Positions 51,815-64,000 are shown, numbered from the stretch's first letter. The stretch: 64,000 bases of DNA from Carcharhinus amblyrhynchos (GCA_965287045.1 OZ336870.1:99882001-99946000); one strand, 5' to 3'. The notes: generated by a model not told the origin, from the letters alone. Numbers and translations: made by a program.

Positions 51815-52525
51815 AGATTCGGGCTTTTTTCTAATGAAAGATGTTAGGTTAACTGGTCTACTGCACTCTGTCTTTCTTTTTTCTTGGATAAAGGTTATAT
51901 ATAAATTGATGATTTTTCAATCCATCGGGAGTTTCCAGAATTTATGGAATTTTTGAAGATGACAACCATTTCTGCAGCCACTTCATTTGAGACCCTAGGA
52001 TGCAGAGTGCTTGTCAGTCTTTGGTCCCGTTAATTTTTCTAGTACTTTCTCTGACAATAGTGATTATTTTCAGTTCCTCTCTCCCTTTTTCCCTTATTTC
52101 ACTACTATTCTTGAGATGCTTTTTTCCCCTCATTTCCTTGTGCAGATAGATAGAAAATACTTGTTTAGAGCTTCTGCCATCACCTTTTTTTCCATTAACT
52201 CCGAAGTCTCATCCTCTAAGGCACCAGTGCTGACATTAACTATGCTTTTCTCTTGTAGAATATTTTACTGTCTGTTTTTATGTTCCTTGCTAGTTTTCTC
52301 TCATACTCAACTTCTCCCTCTTTGATTCTTTTACTTATCCTTCGATATTTTCTAACATTTTCCTAAATGTTCTAGCCTACTACTAATCTCCAGAGCATTG
52401 TTCAAATTTTCTCGAACTTGATATTCTTAACTTGCTTAGTTAGCCATGGATGGTGTATCCTTCTCATAGAATCTTTCTTTCTCAATGGAATAGATCCATG
52501 TTGAGAGTTATGAAAATCTCCTTAA
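51815..52525 (-). mobile_element. Decayed CR1 ORF2 internal fragment
   Basis: Pyrimidine-rich plus strand with gaccctaggatgcag and gatagaaaatacttgtttag. The reverse complement resembles the CR1 EN-RT linker. Confidence 0.45.
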
Positions 52526-52705
52526 ATGTCTTTTACCTTCACCTGAACAGGCAGGTGAGGCTTCTGTTCAAAGTTTCCTCCAAAAGAATTCAGTGCTCCC
52601 TCTGTACTGTACTGTGAGCCTTCATTTCTCAACTTAAGCCCTCGTGTGGGACTTGAACCCAAAACATCATGATTCAGAGACAAGAGTGTTACCAACTGAG
52701 CTAGG
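52525..52705 (-). mobile_element. DeuSINE-like tRNA-headed SINE fragment
   Basis: gtgggacttgaaccc...gattcagagacaagagtgttaccaactgagcta is a reverse tRNA-like head. cagtgctccctctgtactg is the core shared with 59860-60235. Confidence 0.6.
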
Positions 52706-53538
52706 GCTGACACACAAGCTGATAAGGAAGGCCGGGAGCCAGTACATCCAGCACATGATCTTAAAAAGTATCTTTTCAAGTGGATTCCTGCCAGACAATA
52801 TGGTCAGACTGCAGCAGAATGATAGTCAACTCCCAATATCTTCATACTAATCTATTTCTGGAAACTGTGGTTAAATGGGCACTTCCTTTGTATCGATTTA
52901 CTGTTACACCCTGCTGAATTACAATCCAGTATTCAAAGTTAATTACCTAATTACTACCACTGGTCTGGTTCCGGTGCATTCAAATATGACAAGAAAATGC
53001 AAATGTTCTATTGTTACCTGATCAGGAAACGAACCAACACTTTCAGATCCTAATGCCATTCTAGTTAAACCCCTTAAACATGGCTACCGGTACTTAAAGA
53101 GTAATTACTGGCAATCAAATACGTAAAATAGTCCTTTGTTCTCTGTCAGTAAATATGCCATTGATTTGAAAAATCAGAGATCTGCGTTATATATACTTAA
53201 AGGAGACAGTAAGCAAGTACTGCCAGGGAAGTTACAGGAGATTGCGGATCGTGCTTCCGGCTTGCAAGAGCTGGCATTGCCTGCTGTTCCAGCACAAGAG
53301 GTCAGCTGGCTGAACATGAAGTGGGAGATGCCAGTGCTTGAATCAAGAAAAGTTGCTTTTGGCAGTAGCTTAGCACACAGGAGCAACCTGCCAACTCCAA
53401 TCTGCCTCACTAACCATGCTAACAACACATTACAGGTCACTTGTGTGACTGTCTTAAATAATGTCTTTCACGAAACAGAGCCCATAGAGGTGGAAGCTGC
53501 ATTTGGGAAAATTGCCCTAAGGTTCAAGTTCAACTCAC

Positions 53539-53613
53539 ATTTTGCGGAGCTGTGGGAGCTTCTTGAAGATGCCAGTGGCTTCCAATACTGTAAATTCATT
53601 GTTGTTAAGACGC
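53539..53613 (-). CDS. SLIT2: SLIT2 exon (~17), LRR, 75 nt
   Basis: ttttag|...|gtgagt. Translates [24 protein letters not shown](I). Confidence 0.96.
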
Positions 53614-54734
53614 CTAAAATGTTCAAGTGGAAAATAAATCAATTAGCAAAATTTCATCGCAAGAATGTTTTTAACCTAAACTTTTCACACATCAAACCTG
53701 TGCGTTTCTTTCCCCAACATGAACCTGATGATTCCTTTGAGGTAGCTTTTGTCAATTTGAAGTTGAAGAATTTACTACTAAATGTTCTCAATTGAAGTTG
53801 GGAGTGTTTTTTCCCTCCCGAGTTCGCAAAGCTTTATACTAGTGTTTAACTAGATAAGGATCTGAATACTGTGTCACTTTCATTTTCAAACTGAACGATG
53901 TTACCTTCCTTCAAGAACACGAAAGTGACATGAGGATCATGTGCAACTGAGTAAACCTTTATTTAGGACAATGAAATTGATTTGCCCCACTGCTATTATG
54001 TACGTGGGAATGAAATGCACCACTATGACTATGGACCACACGACAGTAGCTACAGAATCTTGACTTGGGAGTGAAAGTCTTGGTCGAGTCACCTTTACCC
54101 TTGAGCAAAGATTAAACAAAACAGAAATGCTAGAATTCAAACCTCCTTCACTGCAATATTGCTCCCTCTTCTAAAGGTGCTGACCTATGCTGAAGTTCAT
54201 CAGGCCACAGTCTCATGCCATTTTGAAAATGTGCACCTTGCGGGAGTACTGGTCAACTATTTGACAGGGTGGCAATAGCAATGATTCTTCCCTCAATTTC
54301 TACAAAAGCGCATTTTCCAACAGGACTCATTGGAACGCAATCAGGATGGGAAACCCAGGCTGAGAATTTAACTTCCTATATCACACTGAGGGCAACTATA
54401 AAATCTAATGGATAATCTAGCTGAGATTGACTAACCTCTATTTCATAGCTCTGATCCATTTTTGGCAATGTCTTATCAAATGACAATTGTGGGCTTATAA
54501 TGTCAAAACAATTAAAATTAAGCCATTGAATTTAATTTTGCAAAAGGGAATTACTGCTTTAGCAACAGAAGAGCTCCTATGTCTAGAATATATGATATGG
54601 GCTGTGTGTTCCAGTTTAGCAATTCCAGCACAGACATTTGCATCACAGAAATTGGGTTTGGGTTCAGCAGAACTGATTCACAACTGTGAAAATTTTCAGT
54701 CTGAGCTTGAGGTCTTTATCCTCCCATCCTTGTG

Positions 54735-55955
54735 GTTATAAACTGGGTGCAATGTTCCCCTGTGAATTAGACTTTGTGTGTGCATCATCTCTTGTGATTT
54801 ATATATTGGGCACGATATTGTGTTGGGTTATAAATTGGACAAGCTCTTGCTATGCTCGATAATTGGGTGTTCCCCTCTGAATTATACACTGGATGTGTTA
54901 TCCTATTTAAGTTATAAAATTTGCATCCTATCTCTCCAGCTTATACATGGGGTGTGTTATCCCTGTGGATTTAAAGAACAAAAAAGAACAAAAACAGCCC
55001 GGGAAAACAGGCCCTTTGGCCCAACGAGCCCGGTCCACGGGCGCGTTACACTGAGTGTGTTATCCCTGTGGGTTTACACTGAGTGTGTTATCCCTGTGGG
55101 TTTACACTGAGCGTGTTATCCCTCTGGGTTTACACTGAGCGTGTTATCCCTCTGGGTTTACACTGAGCGTGTTATCCCTCTGGGTTTACACTGAGCGTGT
55201 TATCCCTCTGGGTTTACACTGAGCGTGTTATCCCTCTGGGTTTACACTGAGCATGTTATCCCTTGGGTTTACACTGTGTGTGTTATCCTTGTGGGTTTAC
55301 ACTGAGTGTGTTTTCCCTGGGGTTTACACTCTCTGTGTTATCCCTATGTATTTACACTGGGTGTGTTATCCCTGTCGGTTTACACTGGGTGCATTATCCC
55401 TGCAGGTTTACACTGGGTGCATTATCCCTGCGGGTTTACACTGAGTGTTATATCCTGTGGGTTTACATTGAATGTGTAATCCCTGTGGGTTTACACTGGG
55501 TGTGTTATTCATGTGGGTTTACACTGGGTGTGGTATCTCTGTGGGTTTACACTGGGTGCGTTATCCCTGTGGGCTTACACTGGGTGTATTATCCCTGTGG
55601 GTTCATATTGGATGCATTATCGCTGTGGGTTTACACTGCGTTCATCATTCCTGTGGGTTTACACTGGGTGTGTTATCCCTGTGGGTTTACACTGAGTGTT
55701 TTAATCCTGTGGGTTTACACTGAGTGCTTTATCCCTGTGGGTTTACACTGAGTGCTTTATCCCTGTGGGTTTACACTGGGTGCGTTATCCCTGTGGGTTT
55801 ATACTAGGTGTGTTATCCCTGTGGACTTACACTGAGTGTGTTATCCCTGTAGTTTTTTACTGGCTATGTTATCCCTGTGGATTTGCACTGAGTGCTTTAT
55901 CTCTGTGGGTTTACACTGGATGTATTATCCCTGTGGGTTTACACTGGGTGCGTTA
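54735..55955. repeat. 28-bp minisatellite (gggtttacactgagtgtgttatccctgt), ~40 units, interrupted by a ~70-bp CR1-tail-like insert
   Basis: Directly visible, period 28 (units start at 55070, 55098, ...). Explains the repetitive ORFs 55253-55956. Confidence 0.95.
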
Positions 55956-56481
55956 GCCACTGAGACCCATAGATGGAAGAATACAGCAGAGAGCACCAAA
56001 CTGAACAGTGACCTCCATATTATTAATGTCTCTCAAATACCTAGACACAAAACAAACTTTATTCAGTATTAATGAGTTGGCATCTCAGACACATGGCATC
56101 AATGGAATACAATCATTTACGGGTAACAAAGTCACTCTGTAATGCAATATTTGAAAATCAAATGCTGTTTCAAACAATTTGGCCACTGGTGTCTAATTTC
56201 TATCTGATCTGCAGGCTAGAGCCAATACTGGCACAGTTATTAACACTTGCCAACAGACAGCCAAATGACTTTTTCCCCTTTCCTTTTTTCTAATGTTCAT
56301 GTGCAACCAACAACCCTTCTCCCATGAGTGTACCTTCTTTCTTCCAGCTCAAGAGACGTGGGCCTACTGCCTGAAGCTATTTTCTAAATGTATTCTACAG
56401 TTCTTTGTTTCACTGCCAAAGTGTAGATGAGAAAGACTAAGTCTGTATGTGTGCAGTAGTGGGCTTGCTGTGCCAACTTAC

Positions 56482-56632
56482 AACTCTGCAGTGTACTGAG
56501 GGATATGATCAGGAATTTTCGTAAGCCTTTGATTGGAGCAGTCCACAGTGGTTCCCTCGCATCGACATTTTTCAGGGCAAGCAAGGTCCAGGAAGCAGTC
56601 TCCACTGAGTTTGGATCTGTAATCCTCTGTGC
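56482..56632 (-). CDS. SLIT2: SLIT2 exon (~16), LRR domain 3 N-cap, 151 nt
   Basis: ctgcag|...|gtaagt. Translates [51 protein letters not shown]. Confidence 0.96.
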
Positions 56633-59600
56633 CTGCAGATTATTTGAGTCAAAATATGCAGATTACTCAAGTCGGCAAACAGAAAAACAGGTATTTTAAC
56701 AGGAAAAGTAATACTATGTAAAGAGAGTCAATTAACACGCAAGAAAAAAAAGGTTGATTTTTAAGACCATACTGAAAGCAAAATTTCAAGAAATTATAAT
56801 ACTGTACCTAGATCTTGAACTAGATCACAGTAAAGATAAGTCCCAAAAGAGTACAGGTAACATTTACAAGCTGACCTTTTAATGCAGGCTCCTTCTGTTG
56901 CAATTTCTACTACAAAGCTAACTGCCTTCTCACACTCCTGTAGCTAGCTCATAATGTTGCTAAGCTTTATCTAATTCAATTTAGTGCTCCCACCTGAGCC
57001 ATTTGTTTGAAATAGTGAGTGGAATTCAAAAAGACTGAATACTTCCAGGCCAATTGGAACACATCTGGTACAGTCATTACATTTGTTCTTTCACTTGCTT
57101 TTTCCTACATCAATCTTTGCTTGTCTTTTTATCCACTTTTCTTTATGAGAAAATTCAATCAGCCATGGCCTCAATACAAATGTCATAAGATTGGTTTCTA
57201 GCTCTGAAAGCCTCTGTCTGCAGAACTACCATCCTGAGCTTTGTTGGTCTTCAATCAGAGAATAAGGATATACTGCCTCTGTCTAAGATAGTTCTATTGT
57301 CTCTCACTTGGCATGCTGTAGAAGGCATACGTGACGCTCCATGGTGCTTGACAGAACCATGTTTTATTCGTACCTTGCAACCACATGGTTAGATCAAGCA
57401 CAACGGAAAATCCCGCTCAGTTTCAGAACCGCATCAGCTAGGCCAGGTAAAGGTGTGAGGGAAGATAGTAGAGGAAAGAAGGCAAAGCATTCTACTGGAA
57501 GAGGTAGAGAATGTAGTAGTGGGGAGCTGGGATACAACAGCATTAGTATAAACAAGGGTAACATTGTTTTCACAAACAGTTAATGTACAACAGAACGACT
57601 ACTGTGAATGATATGCTGAACACAAGCAATACACATGCCTACATGAAAGAATAGCTCTTTCTCAATCGGATATTGCTCAAATTCAGTATCTGACGTCACT
57701 AGCCAACTAGGCATTACTGAAAACCTGATATGTTGGGGCACACGAAGGTATGGAGAAGGGTGGGGAGGAGAAATTTGGGATTGAACGTTGGATGGCTTCT
57801 TACAGGCTGCCAACAGGTTGAGTGTGAGGCATTAAATGTATCAGGATAAAGGAAAATAATAGTCGTGGGGGTGTGGTTTGGGAGGGGTGGGAGAGAAGGG
57901 TAGAGTGTGTTGGACCAGATCTGAAAGAGGGGCAAGTGAACGTGGGCAGAGGTTAAGTATCAGGTAGCACACAAATTTGTACTTACAGCCAAAATGGTGA
58001 ATTCCTGCAAAAAGTAAAGAAGCACAGAAGGAAAAGAGAGACAGAGCGATTGCATTTATATTCAGGAAAGCAAAGAAAGCAGCCAATCCACTTGTGCTAA
58101 GACGGCAGAGCATTAGCTTTTAATTAGGTTAAATAAACTAAGTTGTTTATGGGATAATCTCGACTATCAGATTGTACCCAAATAGCGCACAATGCTTTGG
58201 AGATTCAGCAGACAACAAACCTAACTCCCCAGGAAGAATTACACATTGTCATTGTACTAAACCCCCTTTTAATTATTCAATCAATATGCTGAACACATTG
58301 AACTATAGGCTTGATTTTGTCTTCTTGATAGGATTGGTTCTCCAACCTACTGGTTGGAAACCCAATGGGAAACCTGTGGGGAGGGTGGGGCATGACCAAA
58401 TTTAAGTGTCAGTCCTTCACTGGCAGTTAGGATCTTGGTGATGGATGTCCAGCCACTGAGAACTGCCAATCAATTAGAGGCAGGCAGCTTTCCATAGCCC
58501 GCCAACACCACTGGGAGTGGCTGCTGTCAGTAATGTACCCACCAGAGAGGTCTAGGATCACTGAGGGACCCAGACCACAGGTGAGCGAGGCAGGTTGGAG
58601 GTCACAGAAGGGAGATCCTGGTAAAGAGCGTGTGGGGGGAGGGGCAGGAAAGGTTTGGATTCATGAGCAAGGAGTCAGTGGACACTCCCTTTACCAATGA
58701 TGCGTTCTTCGATTGTGGTATAAAGGTTTTGAAAGAGGGACTCCCTGGGGGGCTGCTGGCAATCCAACAGGGGGGTTTGCTGGGCGATCTTCAGGAGGTG
58801 AATACTAATAAAGGTGAACCACTGAGCCACTACAAAGTCTTGGCAGAATGAGAGATAATGGTCTTTAAGTGGCTCGTTAATAGGCTTAACTAGCCAGCGG
58901 TCAGGTTCCCAAGATCAGCCCCCTCCTCACCACTAAATTAATGGACATCAGTTTTCCTGCTGGCAGGAATGAGATGTGTGGCCTATCCCACAGTTATGAG
59001 AGCCATCCACCTATCCACTCTGTTGGCTCCGTTAAATCTGCCTCAATGATGATGTTCAAAATAAAACTAAGTGTTTAGATAATGAAGGGAACTATAAGGA
59101 AATTTGTGAAAAATATTTGAATTTACCCAAGGCTATGATGTGTGCCTACAGCATGTAATTATTCCATTTAATTTATTGGATACAGATATTTAACAAATAC
59201 TGTCCATTTAGAATCCATTCCTTACACCTCAATAATAATGTATTTAATGAAAGCAGTTCCTATTCTGAGTCTCAGCTATTGCATGAGCATTTATTATTCA
59301 GCAGTTGCTGTTGGGACTGGTTGAAACACGTATATAGGCTTCAAGCTGGCAAATGAACCTACTCGCACGACATTACATTCAAACATACATATCACAGTTT
59401 ATCAACTGACATATAGGTTAGGAGAGGAAACAGCTGAAAGAGTCAATGAAAGTGTGTTTGGGAACAATCTAATCTTCATTAATTATAGCAACAAAAAACA
59501 CAGCTACACAGTTGCCAAAGGTATGAAAACGTGATGAAGGGTGATTCTGCAATCCAGCACTCTGAGCGGGAAGCCTAGTTGACAGGTAACCTTCTGAGGA

Positions 59601-59859
59601 AGTGGTAAGCAGACAGTCTGCAATTTCCCAAGACAACATTCCTCTCAAGTGCTACTCGTCACTTGGAGTATCAGACCTCAGAATCTACCCCACTTTCTGC
59701 TCAGTGTATCTATGCTTTCACAAGAGTGGTTGAAAATGTGAAGAGTTGAATCCCCTCTAATGCCTACTACAGCAAACTTTATGGATACTGTCCCAGTGGG
59801 GATGCTGTATGACCTTCACTTGCCACGCTGCTGCTTGTCTATATGAAATATTCAGCATT

Positions 59860-60235
59860 AGCCATGGCTCAGCTGGTAGAAATCTCATCTCTGAGTCCAA
59901 AGATTGAGTTGAGGCTATCACTTAATGGAGACTGACACCCCAGTGCAGTACTGAGGGTGTGTTGCACTGTCAGAGTGCCGTCTCTCAGATGAGGTGTAGA
60001 AGACGAGGAAGAGAAGGGGAGTTACCCCAGTGTCCTGGTCAATATTATCCCTCAGCCAACATTAGGAAAAAAACAGATTACATGGACATTATCTCACTGG
60101 TGTTTGTGGGAATGAACTACTGTGTGCAAATTCCAACAATCCAACAGTAACTATATGTTAGTAAAAGTACTTAATTGCCTGAAAAGTGCTTTGGGATGTC
60201 CTAAGGTTGTTATGGGTGCTATATAAATGCAAAAT
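59860..60235 (+). mobile_element. DeuSINE-like (SacSINE1/AmnSINE1-related) SINE
   Basis: tRNA-like head tggctcagctggtag, core cagtgcagtactgaggg...gtgtcctggtcaatattatccctc, tail aagtgctttgggatgtcct...gctatataaatgcaa. Confidence 0.65.
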
Positions 60236-61151
60236 GTATTCCTTTTGTTGCAACAGCTCATGGGAGAATTGTCAATGTATCAGCAGACGTTTTGTTGTCA
60301 GTCAACCTCCTGAAGAAATTTCACATCAAGATCACATATATGAATAGTTAAACTGATTGTAGCAATTGTCCATATAACTGTGGAAAGGAGCTGTCCGGAA
60401 GCAGACTGAGGATTTCTTCTACACACCTTATGGATGACAGATTTTGATGAAGAATGAAAATACACCTTTGGAAAATGAAAAGGCAAAGTGCTACTGAAGC
60501 ATTTTCCACCCCTCTCACAAAGTAAACTTTGAAATCCCAGCAAACTGCCCAGCTAAAATGAAATGAATACCCAAGAAGGAACTCTCTAATAAAAAGGAGC
60601 CTGAACTTAGATGAAAAATCCTTCCCCAAAGGGGTTAAAAATATATTGTGATTCTTCACTTTAAAAGGGCTTAGAAAAGAGGTCTAACAGCGGAGCTTCT
60701 GTCAATTCAACATCCCTCACACTTGTACAGCACTGCTAATGTAGTAGAATGTCCCAAGACACTTCAGAGGTGTAATGAAAAAGGGATGGTGAGCCAAAAA
60801 AGAGAGATATTTAAAAAAAAGTAAGTGAAAACATGGTCAAAAATGCATTTTAAGAGGGTTTTTAAAGCATGATTTAAAGAAAGAAGGAAAGATTTCCAGA
60901 CCATGGACTAAAGCCCATGAATGAATGGCCTCAGTGATAGGGATGAGCTGGGTGGTGGGGAGAGTGTAGGGGGTGCAGGAGCTGCACTAGAGACTTGAGT
61001 CAGATGAATGGAGAGGTCAGGCTGTGGCACCTTAAAAGGATTCACATGAAACTATGAAAATTTTAAAATTGAGATGTTGGGGTATCAGAAGCTAATGTAG
61101 ACCAGTGAGAACAGTGAGGGGTGAGGAGGGAAGCAGGTATCAGCATTTTTT

Positions 61152-61267
61152 GACAGAATTCTACCGCCCTGCATGTTACAGAATCGGGGCAGGTGAGGGG
61201 TGGTAAACAGAAATGTCTATTGACCTCGGGCAGGAATTTTCGGTCTCACAACCGTAAAATCCTGCCC
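61152..61267. mobile_element. MITE-like element inserted in a decayed L2-like fragment
   Basis: Reverse-complement relative of 24844-24965 (...cgtaaaatcctgccc). Confidence 0.55.
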
Positions 61268-61401
61268 TTAAAGTCTGGAGATGTCAAAGGCATCGATGGA
61301 GGTTTCAGCATCTATTGGGTTGAGGTAGTGATGAAGATAAGTGATGTTACTGAACTGGGAATAGACTGTTTTGTAAGGAGGCTGGATAGAAGCTCAGATC
61401 A

Positions 61402-61706
61402 GGGCTGGGATTCTCCAACCTCATCCGCTGCTGGAATTCTCTGGTCCTGCTGCTGTGAATGGAGAGTTGGCTAAACACCAAATTCTCTTTCACAAAACTC
61501 TGCGGATGCTGGAATCTGAAATAAAAACAGAAAATGTTGGAAAATCCCAGCAGGTCTGACAGCATCTGTGGGAAGAGAATAGAGCCTCTATTCTCTCCCC
61601 ACAGATGCTGTCAGACCTGCTGAGATTTTCCAGCATTTTCTGGTTTTTCTTCAAATTCTCTTTCTTGCCGGCAGCAATGGTGTATGACATAGGAGAATTC
61701 CAGCCC
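61402..61706. mobile_element. MITE-like element (TIR gggctgggattctcc / ggagaattccagccc) carrying a nested family-B fold-back insert (61492-61651)
   Basis: TIRs are visible. The insert is flanked by the exact 13-bp direct repeat caaattctctttc (61479-61491, 61652-61664). Confidence 0.75.
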
Positions 61707-62797
61707 AGGTTCCAACATTCCATATTGAATAACCATTGCGAAGACCAAAAGCTTTCAACCACCACCTCCCACCTCACCTTTTACATCACCATTGGCAACT
61801 TTTTTCCCTCAACCATCCCGGCACCATATTCAGGAAAGTTTTCTCAAACCTTTATTTCTCTCCATGCTGCTCGTATCCTTCAAGATCATGCTTAAAATCT
61901 ATCTCCATGGCCAAGCTTTGATCACCCTTTCTGATATTTCCTTTGCCTCTCTGTTGACTGCACCGCTATGTGAAATGCCTTGGGCAGTTTATCTACACTT
62001 GGAGCACTATACAAATGCAAGGTATTGCAACTATTCCAAAACAGTTCCCTTCGCAGGCACCTTCAAGATTCTGACAAAACAAAGTAATCTGGGAGCAGAT
62101 AATTCACGCAGTTTCTCAAACAACAAACGACGCATGGTTTTGTTGCTACCCAAAGTATTTTCCTGCCTTTGGGACACAGCCTTAATTTTATTCATCTCAG
62201 CATTCAGTGGATTAGTTTATGATTAGAGCACACAAGATTATTTTCTTCTGGTATAAGTGATAGTGATAGCTTCCAAAGTGCCAGATGAAATAAACCTCAC
62301 TTCCTTCACCAAGCGAACTGCAACAGTGAAGGTCAGATGATGTTGCGATCAGTATTTCTCACCTAGCTTTAGGCATTTGCTCTATTCCCTTTCCAGGTAA
62401 TATGAACAAAAATAATTTTGTTGAAGCAATAATGTATGAAATGCAGCAACAAATGTTTAACTCCACTAGAACTGGAATTAATCATGTGCTATTACCCTCA
62501 ATAAATGGTGACCTTAGACCAGAAGTGAGAGTTAAACCGAAGAACAATAAAAAGAACTCTGATGCATGGCAACTGCATAGCTGACACAAGGAAACATGGG
62601 CTTAATGATTCAGCTACTTGGATTAAAAGGTTTCATGCAAAGCTCTTAGTAGGGGCAGATTCAACTACTGGAAGAGGAGGAAGAGAACTACATTGCTGTC
62701 TATTGTGAGATTCATCCGGATCACTACTGCATGCAACACTCCACTAGATCCTAAGGGAAATCCACAGCTGGTCAGTTCTGCTGCAAGACAAACCTAC

Positions 62798-62821
62798 CTG
62801 GAATGAAATATTGTTCTTTCG
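62798..62821 (-). CDS. SLIT2: SLIT2 24-nt microexon (~exon 15), encodes (A)KEQYFIP
   Basis: Minus strand reads tttatag|CGAAAGAACAATATTTCATTCCAG|gtaggt. Phase 1-1, so frame-preserving. Peptide AKEQYFIP matches the known alternatively spliced SLIT2 exon 15. Confidence 0.95.
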
Positions 62822-63160
62822 CTATAAACATAAAAAAGAGAGAGAGAGAGAGAAAAGACAGAAGAGATGCACCTGAATGTTAGCAGCTGAAGGAAAAAGA
62901 AACAGTTTATTTCATTTTAAATCCACAGGTTGCAACTTGTCAACAGTAAAAAAAGGCAAAAGCAAACAGCACAAGACTGCTGCAGTTATCACCAAATCAG
63001 AAATAAAAGTTAAAAGCTTCCAAGAGCTTTAATAATTCACAGCACAACAGATGAATTTTCAGAATCCATAAGAAAGTAGCTCCCAGCCAAGAGAGTGTAA
63101 TTAATATTACTATATATATATATTTATAAATAAACAGTAAAATTCCAATAATCCAATTAC

Positions 63161-63324
63161 CTGAGCAGCGGAACTTCTTGCTCTTGATCTGTCCGATCCT
63201 CTTGTTTGCAAGCCGACGAGGACTAGTGCAGCGGGCGCCGCTGGTTTCAATGGGGTTTGCATGGAGATAATCCGCAAGCCATTTCAGATGGCAATCACAA
63301 ATAAATGGGTTCTGCGCCAAATGC
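63161..63324 (-). CDS. SLIT2: SLIT2 coding exon (~human exon 14), LRR domain 2 C-terminal cap, 164 nt
   Basis: Translates [54 protein letters not shown]. Acceptor (long U tract)...aaag| and donor |gtaatt on the minus strand. Near-identical to vertebrate SLIT2 as recalled. Confidence 0.97.
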
Positions 63325-64000
63325 CTTTTATGAAGATTAACAACAAAAAAAGGAAAAAAAAATTAAACAAAAAAAGTATTGATTCTGTCAGAAGAATATC
63401 CAGAAGCGCAAAGAGCTCTTCAAAGGAAGAGGTAGAGTAGCTAATGGTTCCAATTGTTAGTTGCAGCTGTAATGCATTTACTGGGACCCTGATACATTAA
63501 GAATTTACAATGTGTGACTTAGCATTCAATACAGTGACTGCTAGCCCTGCATCAAATTCAAAACTGCTTATTACCTGAGTGGATGAGATATGGTAGAGCT
63601 GCAATGCTTCCTACTGAATTATTTAAGGCAGACTGGAGCTGTGAAGGCGTACATTGCTTTCATTACCAGAGATGTAATAGCTGCATTATTCATGTATAAC
63701 TTGTATTATTAACTATGGAAATAATTTTTGAAAATAGAAATTATAAGCAACATTATGAAGCAAGTGGTTACCTGGGGAAGGGTAGTTTAAAATTATGAAG
63801 TGGAGAAAACACAAACAAATAGCTATTGAGGTTTATGTGACTAGTAAAATAGATAGGCTTTTCTGTAGTTGCATTGAGGGATCCAGACTGCCTCCTTTGT
63901 GCTAGGGAAAGGACATCAAAATGTAGGTGCAAAAGGTTCTGGAAAGACAGTGTGACCAGCGAAAAGTTCCAGTTCAAGTAGGAACCATTGGCATAGGCAA

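Noticed and set aside
53136-53795. 219-aa plus-strand ORF antisense to SLIT2 exon ~17
   Set aside because: Non-ATG start, no recognisable domain, and partly the antisense shadow of a real exon. No support for coding.
54735-55955. CRISPR-like array of 28-bp repeats, and repetitive ORFs (e.g. 55263-55751)
   Set aside because: Units are head-to-tail with no unique spacers, there are no cas genes, and the context is a vertebrate intron. The ORFs are translation artefacts of the minisatellite.
62997-63320. ORF-track extensions of SLIT2 exons into introns (e.g. hydrophobic tail [12 protein letters not shown]...) suggesting a membrane-anchored isoform
   Set aside because: This is read-through past a good GT donor into AT-rich intron, which routinely gives hydrophobic translations. 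There is no independent support.

Overview
Eukaryotic (vertebrate) genomic DNA. The repeat content (HE1-type V-SINEs, DeuSINE-like remnants, CR1 LINEs, Penelope-like elements) points to a cartilaginous fish, probably a shark. The window lies inside the SLIT2 gene on the minus strand. Sixteen consecutive coding exons can be read with GT-AG boundaries and compatible phases (1814 nt, about 604 codons). They run from the end of LRR domain 2 (HLAQNPF...) through LRR domains 3 and 4 into EGF repeats 1-3, and correspond to human exons ~14-29 (numbering recalled, not checked). They include the 24-nt AKEQYFIP microexon. The introns hold a decayed ~2.9 kb CR1 ORF2 copy, many SINE and LINE fragments, MITE-like elements and two minisatellites. 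They also hold several Penelope-like fold-back elements; two families carry minimal hammerhead-ribozyme motifs and a third carries a badly decayed one. I found no convincing wholly new biological system. The most interesting observations are the intronic hammerhead motifs, the TSD-flanked fold-back mini-elements, the conserved microexon with its splicing-regulatory context, and a probable SINE 3'-tail swap. Repeat boundaries are approximate and were set by eye.
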